From: a virus
Strand: one strand, 5' to 3'
IMG/VR virus record: IMGVR_UViG_3300020417_001527
Location: 21,790 to 85,789 of that record
DNA length: 64,000 bases
The position numbers and the translations under genes were made by a program. The notes below the pieces were generated by a model. That model ran no database searches. It was not told the origin of the DNA and saw only the letters and a list, made by a program, of their open reading frames with translations. Of the stretch, positions 46,706 through 56,562 are shown in pieces. Positions within the stretch are counted from its first letter, which is position 1. Each line of letters opens with the position of its first letter.

Positions 46706-48200
46706 AATTTATACTCGATTTGTTTCTAATGCCATAAACGGCAATAGCAATTATTACTATCATTATACCCATAAAAGTTGGATCTGTCAACAGTTTTTCG
46801 TATCTTCCTGTCTTTATATACAGAGCATACGTGGCACTTGATTTATCCTCAATTTTTTCACTCAGTATAAATGCAAGTAACAGAGCAGGTCTACTGAATT
46901 TAAGTCTTTTACAGGCATATCCAATACAACTCAACACAATCAAACACATCATGTCTTCCATGCCCCAGACCCATTTCCATTTGTACCATTCTGGATTGTT
47001 CACACTCAATGCACTTAGAATTGTGATTATAAACAATGGAATCATATAGTAACGAGCAGGAATGTACAGTAACATGGCCAAATAACGAATAGCAATCAAA
47101 CACAGAATACCTGTTGCAATTACTCCTACAAAATATCCTATTGCGACTGCTGATAAAAACTCTTCGTTTTCCAATATACTTCTGTCGCCCACGTCATAGC
47201 CCAGCCACATCCATAGACCCATTATAATCATTGCCCACTTACCACCAGGAACACCCAACAGTATTGTAGGCACAATAGCACCTGCCTTACCGGCATTGTT
47301 AACACCTTCTGGTGCAATAACACCCACAATGTTACCTTCGCCATATGGAGTGCCATCACCTTTGCTTTTCCTTGATGCAATGCCATAACACAGCCAGTCT
47401 GCAGAACCACCTCCATAGCCAGGAAGCAATCCATGAAACATTCCAACTGCTCCGCCAAACATGTTCCAACGCCAAAATTTAATACTGTCTACCATGCCTT
47501 GCCATACCTGTAACCATAGATTTTCTTTTTCTACTCTATAAACTTTATAGTTTAGACGTACTGCTTCAATGATTTCTGGGATTGCAAATATACCTGCGGC
47601 CACTAGTACAACACTTAAACCGTCTTCTAAATAATCAAAACCAAATGTGTATCGTGTGGTACCAAACGGATCATCACCTATCATACCAAACCATATACCC
47701 AATGCAATGGCAAACACAGTTCTAACATAATGTCGGTTTGTAATAAAGATAACCATGGCAAAACTCAGCATCAGTATTGCAAGATATCTTGGTGTAGTGA
47801 TATAAGGCACCAATGCTTTGTAATAATCCATAAACAGGAACACAGGCAATCCCCACAACAAACCTTGTAGTGTGCTGGTACTGATCGCGGCCGATAAAGC
47901 ATAAGCACCTTTGCCTTTTCGTGCAAGTGGGTATCCATCAACCATGGTGGCCGCAGAACTTTGAGCACCAGGTATGCCCATAAGCACAGAAGCAAAACTG
48001 TCGCCAGTGACACAACTCATAACGACTGCCATGCTAAATGCCACAAAGGCTAAACTGTTATCTTGGAAAAAAGGAGTGCCTGCAAATATAAAAAGAGTAA
48101 GTAGTGCTTTTCCAGGTCCACTTGCTGGTATTAATCCAACGAGTAATCCATAGAAAACACCACCTACTATTATTGCCAAAACTACTGGATCAAACGGCAT
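46698..48200 (-). CDS. tctA: tripartite tricarboxylate transporter permease (TctA family)
   Basis: Multi-TM; GIPG...ATMVDGYPLARKG, G(L/V)PG repeats, APEGVNNA. Confidence 0.9.
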   Translation of the reverse strand: MPFDPVVLAIIVGGVFYGLLVGLIPASGPGKALLTLFIFAGTPFFQDNSLAFVAFSMAVVMSCVTGDSFASVLMGIPGAQSSAATMVDGYPLARKGKGAYALSAAISTSTLQGLLWGLPVFLFMDYYKALVPYITTPRYLAILMLSFAMVIFITNRHYVRTVFAIALGIWFGMIGDDPFGTTRYTFGFDYLEDGLSVVLVAAGIFAIPEIIEAVRLNYKVYRVEKENLWLQVWQGMVDSIKFWRWNMFGGAVGMFHGLLPGYGGGSADWLCYGIASRKSKGDGTPYGEGNIVGVIAPEGVNNAGKAGAIVPTILLGVPGGKWAMIIMGLWMWLGYDVGDRSILENEEFLSAVAIGYFVGVIATGILCLIAIRYLAMLLYIPARYYMIPLFIITILSALSVNNPEWYKWKWVWGMEDMMCLIVLSCIGYACKRLKFSRPALLLAFILSEKIEDKSSATYALYIKTGRYEKLLTDPTFMGIMIVIIAIAVYGIRNKSSINYA

Positions 48201-48496
48201 TACTTGCCCTCTGTGAAGTGACCTTTAAACAAATTACGAATCTGCTTTTCAACATTAACTCTAATCTTCTCGTAATCTAATACAACCTGCATATCATCAA
48301 TGTCGTCTTCCTTGCTAACACTTTTTAGGAGTTCATTTGTACTCTTAATATGTTTAATGTCTTTTTGCTGAAGGACAAGATTTTTTCCGCTTACCAGTTG
48401 TAGTTTTATATTGACAATATACTCAATAGGAATCTCGTGCATTTGAACTTCATTTACGATCTGTTCAAATGATCTATCCGTTTTCTTGATGGCCAT
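48200..48496 (-). CDS. hypothetical protein
   Basis: ORF track; TAATG coupling. Confidence 0.6.
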   Translation of the reverse strand: MAIKKTDRSFEQIVNEVQMHEIPIEYIVNIKLQLVSGKNLVLQQKDIKHIKSTNELLKSVSKEDDIDDMQVVLDYEKIRVNVEKQIRNLFKGHFTEGK

Positions 48497-48498
48497 TT

Positions 48499-49167
48499 TT
48501 AGCTGGCCGATTTTTTAGGACGACCGCGAGTCGGTTTAAGGCTAGGATCCATTTCATAAGCCTGAGCTTTTAAACTCTCAGCTTCTGCTTCATACCCTTT
48601 TGCTTGGGCGAGCATGTTGGCCGCCAATGCACTATCATCTAATGCACCGTCTGTGGGTGCTGATGCTTGTGGAATTGGTGGTGTTGGATTAGCCAACTGG
48701 TCAACGTTTTCTGTTGTAATTCTTCGTTGAGCTTCTGGATTATCTTGAACTGTGGCAGGACCTGCTACATCAAGACCTTGCTTTTTAGGTAGGGCATTGT
48801 CTTTGTCGCCTGTCTGTTCAATGATTAATTTATTAAGTTCATCTAACTTAATTACTGTGGTTGAATTAGGCTTCATATCAACATTACTAGTTGGAACCTT
48901 TCTAAGCCAACCTGCCTGATGAGCAAATGCTAGAATGTTTTGACCATTGGTAAAAACTGTCCTGTCTGCTACTTCCCACAAGTTGCCTGTGGCTTGAGCC
49001 TGATCTCCATCAACCATTCTGATGATATCATCATGTGCCCATTCTGGTAAACTTTCAGTTTCAATTATCAAAGCACTTTCTCTATCATCTGGTAGCTGTC
49101 GCATCATGACCACACACCTTGTACCGGTGTTAGCCAATGCTCCTACATGTTTTGTATTAACTGCCAT
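48499..49167 (-). CDS. hypothetical phage protein
   Basis: ORF track; basic C-terminal RGRPKK. Confidence 0.65.
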   Translation of the reverse strand: MAVNTKHVGALANTGTRCVVMMRQLPDDRESALIIETESLPEWAHDDIIRMVDGDQAQATGNLWEVADRTVFTNGQNILAFAHQAGWLRKVPTSNVDMKPNSTTVIKLDELNKLIIEQTGDKDNALPKKQGLDVAGPATVQDNPEAQRRITTENVDQLANPTPPIPQASAPTDGALDDSALAANMLAQAKGYEAEAESLKAQAYEMDPSLKPTRGRPKKSAS

Positions 49168-49426
49168 CTTTTACTTCTCCTTCGGCTTGTTCTTGAGCCG
49201 CCTTAGATGCCTCTTGTTGCTGTCTAACTTGTTCAACAAAAGCATTAATTCTGTCATAAACTTGACCAACTTGACTCATTTCTGCGCCTTTAAATGCACC
49301 CCTTTGTACTGCAACGTCAAGTGCTTGTACAGTGGCCTGCAAATCTTGAACATTGAGTGCAACATTGTTGCCTTCAATTTCTTCCGGTGTTGGTGGTACC
49401 GGAGTATTTTTATCTTCTTTTGCCAT
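49157..49426 (-). CDS. hypothetical phage protein
   Basis: AGGAG RBS; TAAATA motif upstream. Confidence 0.65.
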   Translation of the reverse strand: MAKEDKNTPVPPTPEEIEGNNVALNVQDLQATVQALDVAVQRGAFKGAEMSQVGQVYDRINAFVEQVRQQQEASKAAQEQAEGEVKDGS

Positions 49427-49453
49427 GGTTACTCCTATTGTGTCAGCATAGTA

Positions 49454-49459
49454 TATTTA
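49454..49459 (-). promoter_or_regulatory. putative late-type promoter motif TAAATA
   Basis: ATAACTAAATA in the intergenic gap before 49426. Confidence 0.45.
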
Positions 49460-49481
49460 GTTATATACGTATATAATGAAC

Positions 49482-49802
49482 CTAAACGTCTTGGCTTAAC
49501 TTTTTCATTGCTAAAATTTGCATGAATTGGTCCTTATCTTGAGGACTAGCAAACCAAATTCTGTGAATGTATTCTTGTACATTGGGTTCTGTAGGGTGTT
49601 CGTAACCCTCTTTTGCATGAACTTCTTCAATGTAATAGTAATTACTTATATTGATTTCATTCATGATTTGTTGATCAAAACCTTCGCTTTGAACAATAAC
49701 TCTATTTTGCATTAATTTAAACCAAAGCTCTGTGCCAGCAAGACTAGTTACATCTTCTTCGCTGAGAGCAAAACCTTGTTCGTCAACTCTTTTTATTTTC
49801 AT
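49482..49802 (-). CDS. hypothetical protein
   Basis: ORF track; ATGA coupling. Confidence 0.6.
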   Translation of the reverse strand: MKIKRVDEQGFALSEEDVTSLAGTELWFKLMQNRVIVQSEGFDQQIMNEINISNYYYIEEVHAKEGYEHPTEPNVQEYIHRIWFASPQDKDQFMQILAMKKLSQDV

Positions 49803-51202
49803 GCGGCCTCATCTTCAAAATGCACAGTTCTGCCAAACGGTGCTTCTAGTGTTTTATCATAATGACTGTGGATAACAAACAATGTATCACAGTAATTAGG
49901 ATCTCCCCATTCACCAAATGGCATACCATCTGTGAACATAATCAACTGTTGAGGCTCAATATCATTTTCTTTCATGTATTTCCAATTGGACATGAAGTCT
50001 GTGCCTCCACCACCAAGCAATTCATACTCAGTAATTTCTCTGCCGTCATCACTTGTAAATTCATCATAGCCATACACTTCTGTATCGAATGTCCAAATTC
50101 TCAACTTGTATTGTGCGAACTGTTGCATCATGCCATGTATTTCACTGATAAACATCATGCCCTGTTTGTTGGTAATACTACCACTCATGTCCATACAAAT
50201 ACAAACGTCAATTTCTTGATCTCTTTCCATACCAGGCATAATAGCATCTGAGTGCCAACCTCTTCGTGTGGGCCTCATGAATGTGTAATTGTTTCTTACA
50301 CATGATTCAATGTTTGCATTTACCAATTCCTGCCACTTCAGTTTAGGTGCAGTCATTTGATCAATCATTCGCTTGATACCAGCTGGTACATCTCCAGCAC
50401 CTGCGTTCTGAGCCGCATTTATCATTGCTTCTTTTATTTCATTAGCAATCTGTTGTTTCTCTTCTTTGCTGAGCTTAGGCTTGCCTTTACCGGGCTTGTC
50501 ACCTTTGCCGTCACCTTCTTCTTCGCCTCCAGAACCTTCTTTAACTTCAATGTTACCATCTTCATCAATCATGATGTGTACATCAAGTGTTTGCAATTCT
50601 GGTGGAAGTTCACCTTTGTCTTTCAATTCTTTGAGATGATTGTAAACTTCAAAACTGTTCCAACCTTCATACTGGTAATCTAATAAACCAACTGCTGGCA
50701 TTTCACCAACACCTGTTTTTACAAGATCCATGTTAATAATATAATCTGCGGCAATATTAAACAGCCTTTTGTCATCATAATCTGCCATGGGCGTCATGTG
50801 ATCATAAACACAATGCATCACTTCATGTGCAACCACAAAAGTAATTTCTGCCTGTGTCAACACTTTGAAGAAGTGTGGATTGTAGAACATGCTACGACCG
50901 TCTGTGGCGGCAGTAGGACACCATGCATCTGTGATCTCAACCAGTGTTAATCGTATAGCCAGTTGAGCAAAAAACGGATGTTTAAAAAGCATCTGCACTC
51001 TGGCACGAATAACTTTTTCTCTGATATCATTGCGTTCTGCATCTGTTAGTTCAGCATCATAGTCCACGTTTTTATACTTGGCCATGACTGCTTCTCGCAT
51101 CTTATCTTCTTTGGTGTGTGCATCTTTCATATCTGAACCCATAGCTTGATCAAATATCTGTCCTTGCATTTCTGCTTCTTCTTGTGCTACACTTTTTCCC
51201 AT
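49799..51202 (-). CDS. metallopeptidase-like (HExxH) + VWA domain protein (DUF2201-like)
   Basis: TAATDG, HEVMH, DMSGS MIDAS, GGGGTDF, FTDG. Confidence 0.88.
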   Translation of the reverse strand: MGKSVAQEEAEMQGQIFDQAMGSDMKDAHTKEDKMREAVMAKYKNVDYDAELTDAERNDIREKVIRARVQMLFKHPFFAQLAIRLTLVEITDAWCPTAATDGRSMFYNPHFFKVLTQAEITFVVAHEVMHCVYDHMTPMADYDDKRLFNIAADYIINMDLVKTGVGEMPAVGLLDYQYEGWNSFEVYNHLKELKDKGELPPELQTLDVHIMIDEDGNIEVKEGSGGEEEGDGKGDKPGKGKPKLSKEEKQQIANEIKEAMINAAQNAGAGDVPAGIKRMIDQMTAPKLKWQELVNANIESCVRNNYTFMRPTRRGWHSDAIMPGMERDQEIDVCICMDMSGSITNKQGMMFISEIHGMMQQFAQYKLRIWTFDTEVYGYDEFTSDDGREITEYELLGGGGTDFMSNWKYMKENDIEPQQLIMFTDGMPFGEWGDPNYCDTLFVIHSHYDKTLEAPFGRTVHFEDEAA

Positions 51203-51228
51203 AATCTCTCTTTCCTATGTTATACTTA

Positions 51229-51260
51229 TATAGTATGACATCTTGCTTCTTTTGTCAACC
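51229..51260 (-). promoter_or_regulatory. sigma70-type promoter TTGACA-17-TACTAT with 17-bp shared element
   Basis: -35 at 51253-51258, -10 at 51230-51235; CAAGATGTCATACTATA identical to 52776-52792. Confidence 0.65.
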
Positions 51261-51650
51261 ATTAAAATGTGTTAATTTAAAAAAAGCTCTAATTTGTTCA
51301 TCATGTATATAAACGTGAGCTTCATTCAGTTCCATTCGCCCTGTGTACTGTTCTTGTTCCTGTGTGTAAACTTCGTAATCTAATCTGCTGACATTGTTTT
51401 TTGCAAACCATTGGTGCCATTGTCGGAGTAGATCATGTTTGCCAGTAACATTTTTAAACACCAATGGTTTGACATTCTTTTTCCATTCATCTTTGTATAA
51501 TGCAATTTCTAATGCTTCTGGAATAGTTTTCCAGTTGTCACGCCAGGCATCTCCGTAAAGACGCCTGACCACTCTTTCCCTTAATTGGGTTTTATTCATC
51601 ATCAGTTCCAAGGATGAGTTTACCATATCTCTTGAAAAACTCAGGAGCAT
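51255..51650 (-). CDS. hypothetical protein
   Basis: ORF track; true start likely near 51602. Confidence 0.55.
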   Translation of the reverse strand: MLLSFSRDMVNSSLELMMNKTQLRERVVRRLYGDAWRDNWKTIPEALEIALYKDEWKKNVKPLVFKNVTGKHDLLRQWHQWFAKNNVSRLDYEVYTQEQEQYTGRMELNEAHVYIHDEQIRAFFKLTHFNG

Positions 51651-52749
51651 GTTTGTTCTTCTTTGGGTGAACAGGTAATTTGTAAGTGTTCAACATCACC
51701 CTACCACTAGCAAGAACCAATTCAGTTTCAAAGTTCTTCATCATAAAAGCAAGAACATTATCCATTGCTTTGGTAAAAGTTTCTTCTTTACCATTACGTT
51801 CAGTAGTTTCAAGAAGCTCTTTCAACTCGTATGCAATCGAAGTTGACAAAGAATACTTTGCACTAACATCAGTATCTGATGCAACTTCAGTAACCTTACC
51901 TGATATAATATCAGTTGGGTTAGGCATTTTAGCACTCATCTTCATGTGAGTGTTGAACTTAAGAGCAAGTCCTTCACCAACATAAGCACTCACCATGTCA
52001 ATGATATCATTGTCTGTAAAGTCAGTATCTTCGATACCTTCAAGGTTATCGCTCACAAACTCCCAAGTTCTAGGAGTAGCAAAGCCTCGTGAACTTGAAG
52101 TAGGATCGAAGGTGTACAAGTCTTGCTTGTGACAAGTAAGATAACCAACCACATCAGGATGAATAGGAGTTGGTCTCTTTGTACCAACCTTCACTGCCCA
52201 ATCCAACCATGGAAGAAATTCACACTTCAATTCAAAGTGTCCAAAACGATTCTCCAACGGCTTAGGCATTCTGTAAGAAACACCTTTGTCTGTTTCTCTG
52301 TTACCGGCCGCGATAACAACCACATTGTCAGGCAGTTTGTACTGTCCAACTCGTCTGTTAAGCACTAGCTGATAACTTGCGGCCTGTACTGCTGGTACAG
52401 CCTGGTTAAATTCATCTAAGAACAGTACGACAGTATCATACTGTTTAGCAACTTCTTCTGAAGGAAGATCAACTGGATCAGCCCAATCCATCTTTCCTGA
52501 TTCTTTGTTATAATAAGGAACACCACGAATATCTGTGGGTTCAACTAAACCTAATCGCATGTCAAACATACATGCTTTACCAAGATCACCACTATCGACA
52601 ATCTGTTCAATAAGCATAGATTTACCAATACCTGGTCCACCCCATACAAACAGTGGTCGTTTCAGTTTAAAAGCACGTAACACCTGCTTCTTCAACTGTA
52701 CAGTATTAACTGTTCTGCGATCTTCTATCATTGTTGCTGGCATATTCAA
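51592..52749 (-). CDS. MoxR-like AAA+ ATPase
   Basis: WGGPGIGKS Walker A, LFLDEFN Walker B, AAGNR, NRF, TPRTW. Confidence 0.9.
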   Translation of the reverse strand: MNMPATMIEDRRTVNTVQLKKQVLRAFKLKRPLFVWGGPGIGKSMLIEQIVDSGDLGKACMFDMRLGLVEPTDIRGVPYYNKESGKMDWADPVDLPSEEVAKQYDTVVLFLDEFNQAVPAVQAASYQLVLNRRVGQYKLPDNVVVIAAGNRETDKGVSYRMPKPLENRFGHFELKCEFLPWLDWAVKVGTKRPTPIHPDVVGYLTCHKQDLYTFDPTSSSRGFATPRTWEFVSDNLEGIEDTDFTDNDIIDMVSAYVGEGLALKFNTHMKMSAKMPNPTDIISGKVTEVASDTDVSAKYSLSTSIAYELKELLETTERNGKEETFTKAMDNVLAFMMKNFETELVLASGRVMLNTYKLPVHPKKNKHAPEFFKRYGKLILGTDDE

Positions 52750-52775
52750 CTCCTATTTTTTTCTACCTACACTAT

Positions 52776-52807
52776 TATAGTATGACATCTTGGTATAAAG
52801 GTCAACC
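52776..52807 (-). promoter_or_regulatory. sigma70-type promoter TTGACC-17-TACTAT with 17-bp shared element
   Basis: -35 at 52800-52805, -10 at 52777-52782; AGGAG RBS downstream. Confidence 0.65.
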
Positions 52808-52824
52808 TTTTTATGCATCTTTTT

Positions 52825-53856
52825 TTAAAAAAATTGTGTTTTTCTTCTGTTTCCATGTCCACCACATTCAACTACACACCTACTGATATAAAGATTGTGT
52901 TCTGTGTTCCAACTATCTGCTAATACTTCTTTATAATACTCGTGATCTAATATTTTGTCAATTGAATTGTGTTTCAAATTGTTCCAATCTGTGCCGTACA
53001 AGGCTTCTAATTCAAGCAGTTTTGCACGACCTTCTGCTTCTCTTATGCTGTCATGATACATATCTCCAAACCAACAACAGGGCCATAATCGTTGATCGTG
53101 TGACACATATGCTTGTCTTTGATGTATCAGTCTACAGTTTATGTCGTCAAATTTAACAGTTTTTAGATTGGACATATTGTTATATACTTGGTGTTTTTTC
53201 CGTGCTTCTGTGTGCAAATTTGAAGTGGTTACTTGGTATGTTTCAGTTGTGTTTTTTCGTTTTACAGTTGTGGTCCACGGCACATAGTTACGAGCAGATC
53301 GACGCAGTCTAAATTCAAAATTAAGTTTTTGTGCCAAAGTTCGTGCATTGTCAATGTCGTGTGCATTGTGATCAAACTCTATGTATTGCCATCTAGCTCT
53401 ACCACCTGTAGATGCATATGCTGTCATGTTGTTCAACAGTTTTTGCCAATCTACATTAACACGATACATATGATTTGTATCTGTATAGCCGTCTACATTG
53501 AATACTATGCATAATCTTTGTTCATATGATTCACTCAGTTTGCCCATGGTATTCCAAAATGATTCAGTTTGCATTCCGCCATTGGTATCCAAATAAACTT
53601 GATCAGCATTATTTTCTAATAGATATTCACAGATAGGCAGTATGTCACGAGCCATGCCTGGATCACCATACACACCTGAAAATCCAAAATGACGTTCATT
53701 GATAACTTCTGGAGGAAATATGTGTTTAAATTCTTCTAGTGTGATTTCCAACATATCAAGATCAGGATGTGTGTCGCCATCTAGTGTTCGCGAACAACCT
53801 GGGCAACGAGCATTGCATTTAGAAGTGATTTCTATTTCAAACTGTACTGGTAACAT
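52825..53856 (-). CDS. radical SAM/SPASM-like protein
   Basis: CNARCPGC, GVYGDP, DTNGG, WPCCW...CVVEC; paralogue of 38796. Confidence 0.92.
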   Translation of the reverse strand: MLPVQFEIEITSKCNARCPGCSRTLDGDTHPDLDMLEITLEEFKHIFPPEVINERHFGFSGVYGDPGMARDILPICEYLLENNADQVYLDTNGGMQTESFWNTMGKLSESYEQRLCIVFNVDGYTDTNHMYRVNVDWQKLLNNMTAYASTGGRARWQYIEFDHNAHDIDNARTLAQKLNFEFRLRRSARNYVPWTTTVKRKNTTETYQVTTSNLHTEARKKHQVYNNMSNLKTVKFDDINCRLIHQRQAYVSHDQRLWPCCWFGDMYHDSIREAEGRAKLLELEALYGTDWNNLKHNSIDKILDHEYYKEVLADSWNTEHNLYISRCVVECGGHGNRRKTQFF

Positions 53857-53859
53857 TTT

Positions 53860-54201
53860 TTATTCCGCAAAAATATTTAACCAAGTATCAGCATCACCAT
53901 ACATTTTTAACCAAACTGATGCTTCTTCTTCAAACAGAATCAAATGTTTTTTTGTAATATACCAAGGCCAATTCATTGCTCGATCTAAACGAATAAGTGT
54001 GCCAGCACGTTTGGTCCAATCTTGTTCTACTTTGAACTCATAACTTTTGTAATGTTTTTCTAAAAACATCAGCCCTGTGCTTTTCAAACGAAGGCTTTTG
54101 CCATAAAATATTTGGAGGGGATTGAATTTTTCTACTGCTTCTTTTTTTGCGTCAGTTAGAATTTTTTCACGTAAGATCTGTTTCCTGGATGATTTGTCCA
54201 T
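53860..54201 (-). CDS. hypothetical phage protein
   Basis: ORF track. Confidence 0.6.
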   Translation of the reverse strand: MDKSSRKQILREKILTDAKKEAVEKFNPLQIFYGKSLRLKSTGLMFLEKHYKSYEFKVEQDWTKRAGTLIRLDRAMNWPWYITKKHLILFEEEASVWLKMYGDADTWLNIFAE

Positions 54202-54466
54202 CTGTTAGCATGACAACAGTAAAAGATTTTGTCGTAAACTTTTTGTTGAGTCTTTCTGCTAGATTAAAAGCATGACCACTGTTACTAAAGCTGACTTTTT
54301 TATATTTGGGTCCTGGATAATCTGCGGCATAATTGCTAACACGTAGGTTAATTGGTTTGCCTTCATAGTAGACTGCATAAATGGCATTTGCCTTTAGTAT
54401 TTGTTCACTCTTAAAAGTCTTCTTGTCTACGTGTTCTAGTATTAATTCTGGTTTAGGTCTCGCCAT
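54167..54466 (-). CDS. hypothetical phage protein
   Basis: AGGA RBS; GATAAATA motif upstream. Confidence 0.65.
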   Translation of the reverse strand: MARPKPELILEHVDKKTFKSEQILKANAIYAVYYEGKPINLRVSNYAADYPGPKYKKVSFSNSGHAFNLAERLNKKFTTKSFTVVMLTDGQIIQETDLT

Positions 54467-54489
54467 TGTCGTATCCTGTATTATAACAG

Positions 54490-54495
54490 TATTTA
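54490..54495 (-). promoter_or_regulatory. putative late-type promoter motif TAAATA
   Basis: GATAAATAC in the intergenic gap before 54466. Confidence 0.45.
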
Positions 54496-54524
54496 TCGAC
54501 TCAACAAGTTTTAGTGGTGTTTAA

Positions 54525-54917
54525 TTATTCTGATGGAACAATATCTTTTAATGCTGGACCTGTGTATGGCGTAAAGTTATTTCCGGAACCTAACAGACAC
54601 ATCATTCCGTCTGGCATTCTAGCAAACATACTAAAATGTCCTGTATCTTGGTTAACCATAGCCCACAGTTGTGTCCATACTGGTTGACTCTGTGTTGGAT
54701 GTGGACCCATATTAACAAGAAGTTGTCCATAAAATAAAGGTTCTTGTTTTAATGCGGCCGCGGCCTGCCAGCCAAAATCTTGCGGTTTGCAAAATCCGTT
54801 TATTGCAAGATACATATTAATTTGTGGTGAAGGTAATGTTGGTTCTGGTGGTGATTCTTTAGCAAAAGTCACAGAGGTCCACAACGTGGCTAATAACACG
54901 ATAATCGTCAGTCTCAT
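54525..54917 (-). CDS. hypothetical exported protein
   Basis: Signal-peptide-like N-terminus; GAGGAG RBS. Confidence 0.6.
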   Translation of the reverse strand: MRLTIIVLLATLWTSVTFAKESPPEPTLPSPQINMYLAINGFCKPQDFGWQAAAALKQEPLFYGQLLVNMGPHPTQSQPVWTQLWAMVNQDTGHFSMFARMPDGMMCLLGSGNNFTPYTGPALKDIVPSE

Positions 54918-54929
54918 GTTTATACTCCT

Positions 54930-55910
54930 CTAATATGATGCACCTAAATATTTGCTATGATCGGAGGCTTTGTCACTTAACCTTTGTAGGTTCCATTTGC
55001 CACAAAAACGCAAAAAGTGTAACCCAATCTGTCCCTTGGGCAAAGTATTTACCTTGTTTGTGATTGTTTCATCTAGTACTGCTTTGATATCATCTGGCTG
55101 TGCAGTTAAATCAATCAGAGTTTTGTTTCGTTGATAATCTTCCAGCACTCTGTGTTCTACATCTTCATGATCCACCCAACGTTGCAACATGAAGTTATTC
55201 CATGTAAAACCTTTGCTTTCTCTATCTGCATAGGCTTCCATCATTCCTATTTTGTTTTTTGTGCCTTTCTTTCTAGCACCAGGATATGCTGAAAAAATGT
55301 TATCAGAAGAATCACCTCTGATACACTTTTCAAATAGCAAATATTGTGGATCACCTATTTGCTTTTGTTCACCTGTTTTCTTATCCATTACAGGTTTATT
55401 CTTATCATCAAATACACCATCTATTGTGATGTGTTGATTCATTATTCCATTGTACTGCGACACATTATCATTAATCAATTGATAAAAGTCAGAGTCTGAA
55501 CTGATAATGACATGTTTATGATCTGGATGGTTTTGTATAAATCTTGCAATAAAATCATCTGCTTCGCATTGTTCGTGTTGTAATATTGTGCAGTTGCTTT
55601 TCTTTTCTAAGTAATCGTACAGTTCATCAAAGGCTTCCCAAAATGCTTCATCTTCTTCTTTTTCTTTGGGTGTGCGAGCATCAGCAACCACTTTGCGATT
55701 TCTTTTGTAAGGCTCATACACATCTTTACGCCATGAACGACCTTCCAAACAAAACACCACATGTGAACCATCAAAGTCATTCCATGCTTTGTTTATTGAG
55801 TTAAACATAATGTGCATGGCCATACCAATTTTTGTGTCAATGCTATCGCCACGTACCACGTGCCTAGCACGGAAAAACATGTTAGCCGTATCTACTAAAA
55901 TATATGTCAC
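54930..55910 (-). CDS. rnh: T4 RNase H-like 5'-3' exonuclease
   Basis: LVD, WRK..Y..YKRNR, EADD, SSDSDFYQL, GDSSDNI, NKTLIDL. Confidence 0.9.
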   Translation of the reverse strand: MTYILVDTANMFFRARHVVRGDSIDTKIGMAMHIMFNSINKAWNDFDGSHVVFCLEGRSWRKDVYEPYKRNRKVVADARTPKEKEEDEAFWEAFDELYDYLEKKSNCTILQHEQCEADDFIARFIQNHPDHKHVIISSDSDFYQLINDNVSQYNGIMNQHITIDGVFDDKNKPVMDKKTGEQKQIGDPQYLLFEKCIRGDSSDNIFSAYPGARKKGTKNKIGMMEAYADRESKGFTWNNFMLQRWVDHEDVEHRVLEDYQRNKTLIDLTAQPDDIKAVLDETITNKVNTLPKGQIGLHFLRFCGKWNLQRLSDKASDHSKYLGASY

Positions 55911-56562
55911 TCTTGTACCTCTTTATCAGTTCATCATTCTTTGCAGTATACTCATTAATCATTTTAACATATTTGTCCAAATTGTCAACCTGTATGCCCA
56001 CCTGTGTGCATATTCGTTGCAGACTTTCTTCCACGGCATCATAAAACAAATCATGGTATTCAAGATACACATGCGGAATTTGCCATTCTCTAAATTCATC
56101 TCTTACCCAAAGATACGAACGTCTACTCTGTTTTCGCCATTTGTGTGCATGATAATCGTCTGTTCTATCTGGCAAAGTTTTGCCTTCCCACTCACCATTT
56201 TTGATTGCACCCAAACTTATTGTGTAATATGGATCACGTGAATTTATAACAATAAATGTAGATTTGTGTCTAACACCATACAGTAGAAACTCACCCCATT
56301 CTTTTTGACTGAGTTGTGGATGATTTTTCCAGTCTAACCATAAATGATTATGACTCATAAATCTATTATTTCGGGATCTATATTCGTTCTTTTCAGTAAC
56401 TTCGTGTTGCATAGGGATATTGAACATATCTGCTAACATCTGCATCATGAAGTTACCACCTGCTCCACCTGGATATATTATGTGTATCCGAGCAGGATTA
56501 ACCCTTGCGGGTTTCATGTCTAGTTGTTCAGTTACTTGGGGGAGCACCTTGTTCTTGTTCAA
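55882..56562 (-). CDS. hypothetical protein, sulfotransferase-like Gly-loop family
   Basis: IIYPGGAGGNFM...SHNH...RDP...LEYHDL. Confidence 0.55.
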   Translation of the reverse strand: MNKNKVLPQVTEQLDMKPARVNPARIHIIYPGGAGGNFMMQMLADMFNIPMQHEVTEKNEYRSRNNRFMSHNHLWLDWKNHPQLSQKEWGEFLLYGVRHKSTFIVINSRDPYYTISLGAIKNGEWEGKTLPDRTDDYHAHKWRKQSRRSYLWVRDEFREWQIPHVYLEYHDLFYDAVEESLQRICTQVGIQVDNLDKYVKMINEYTAKNDELIKRYKSDIYFSRYG

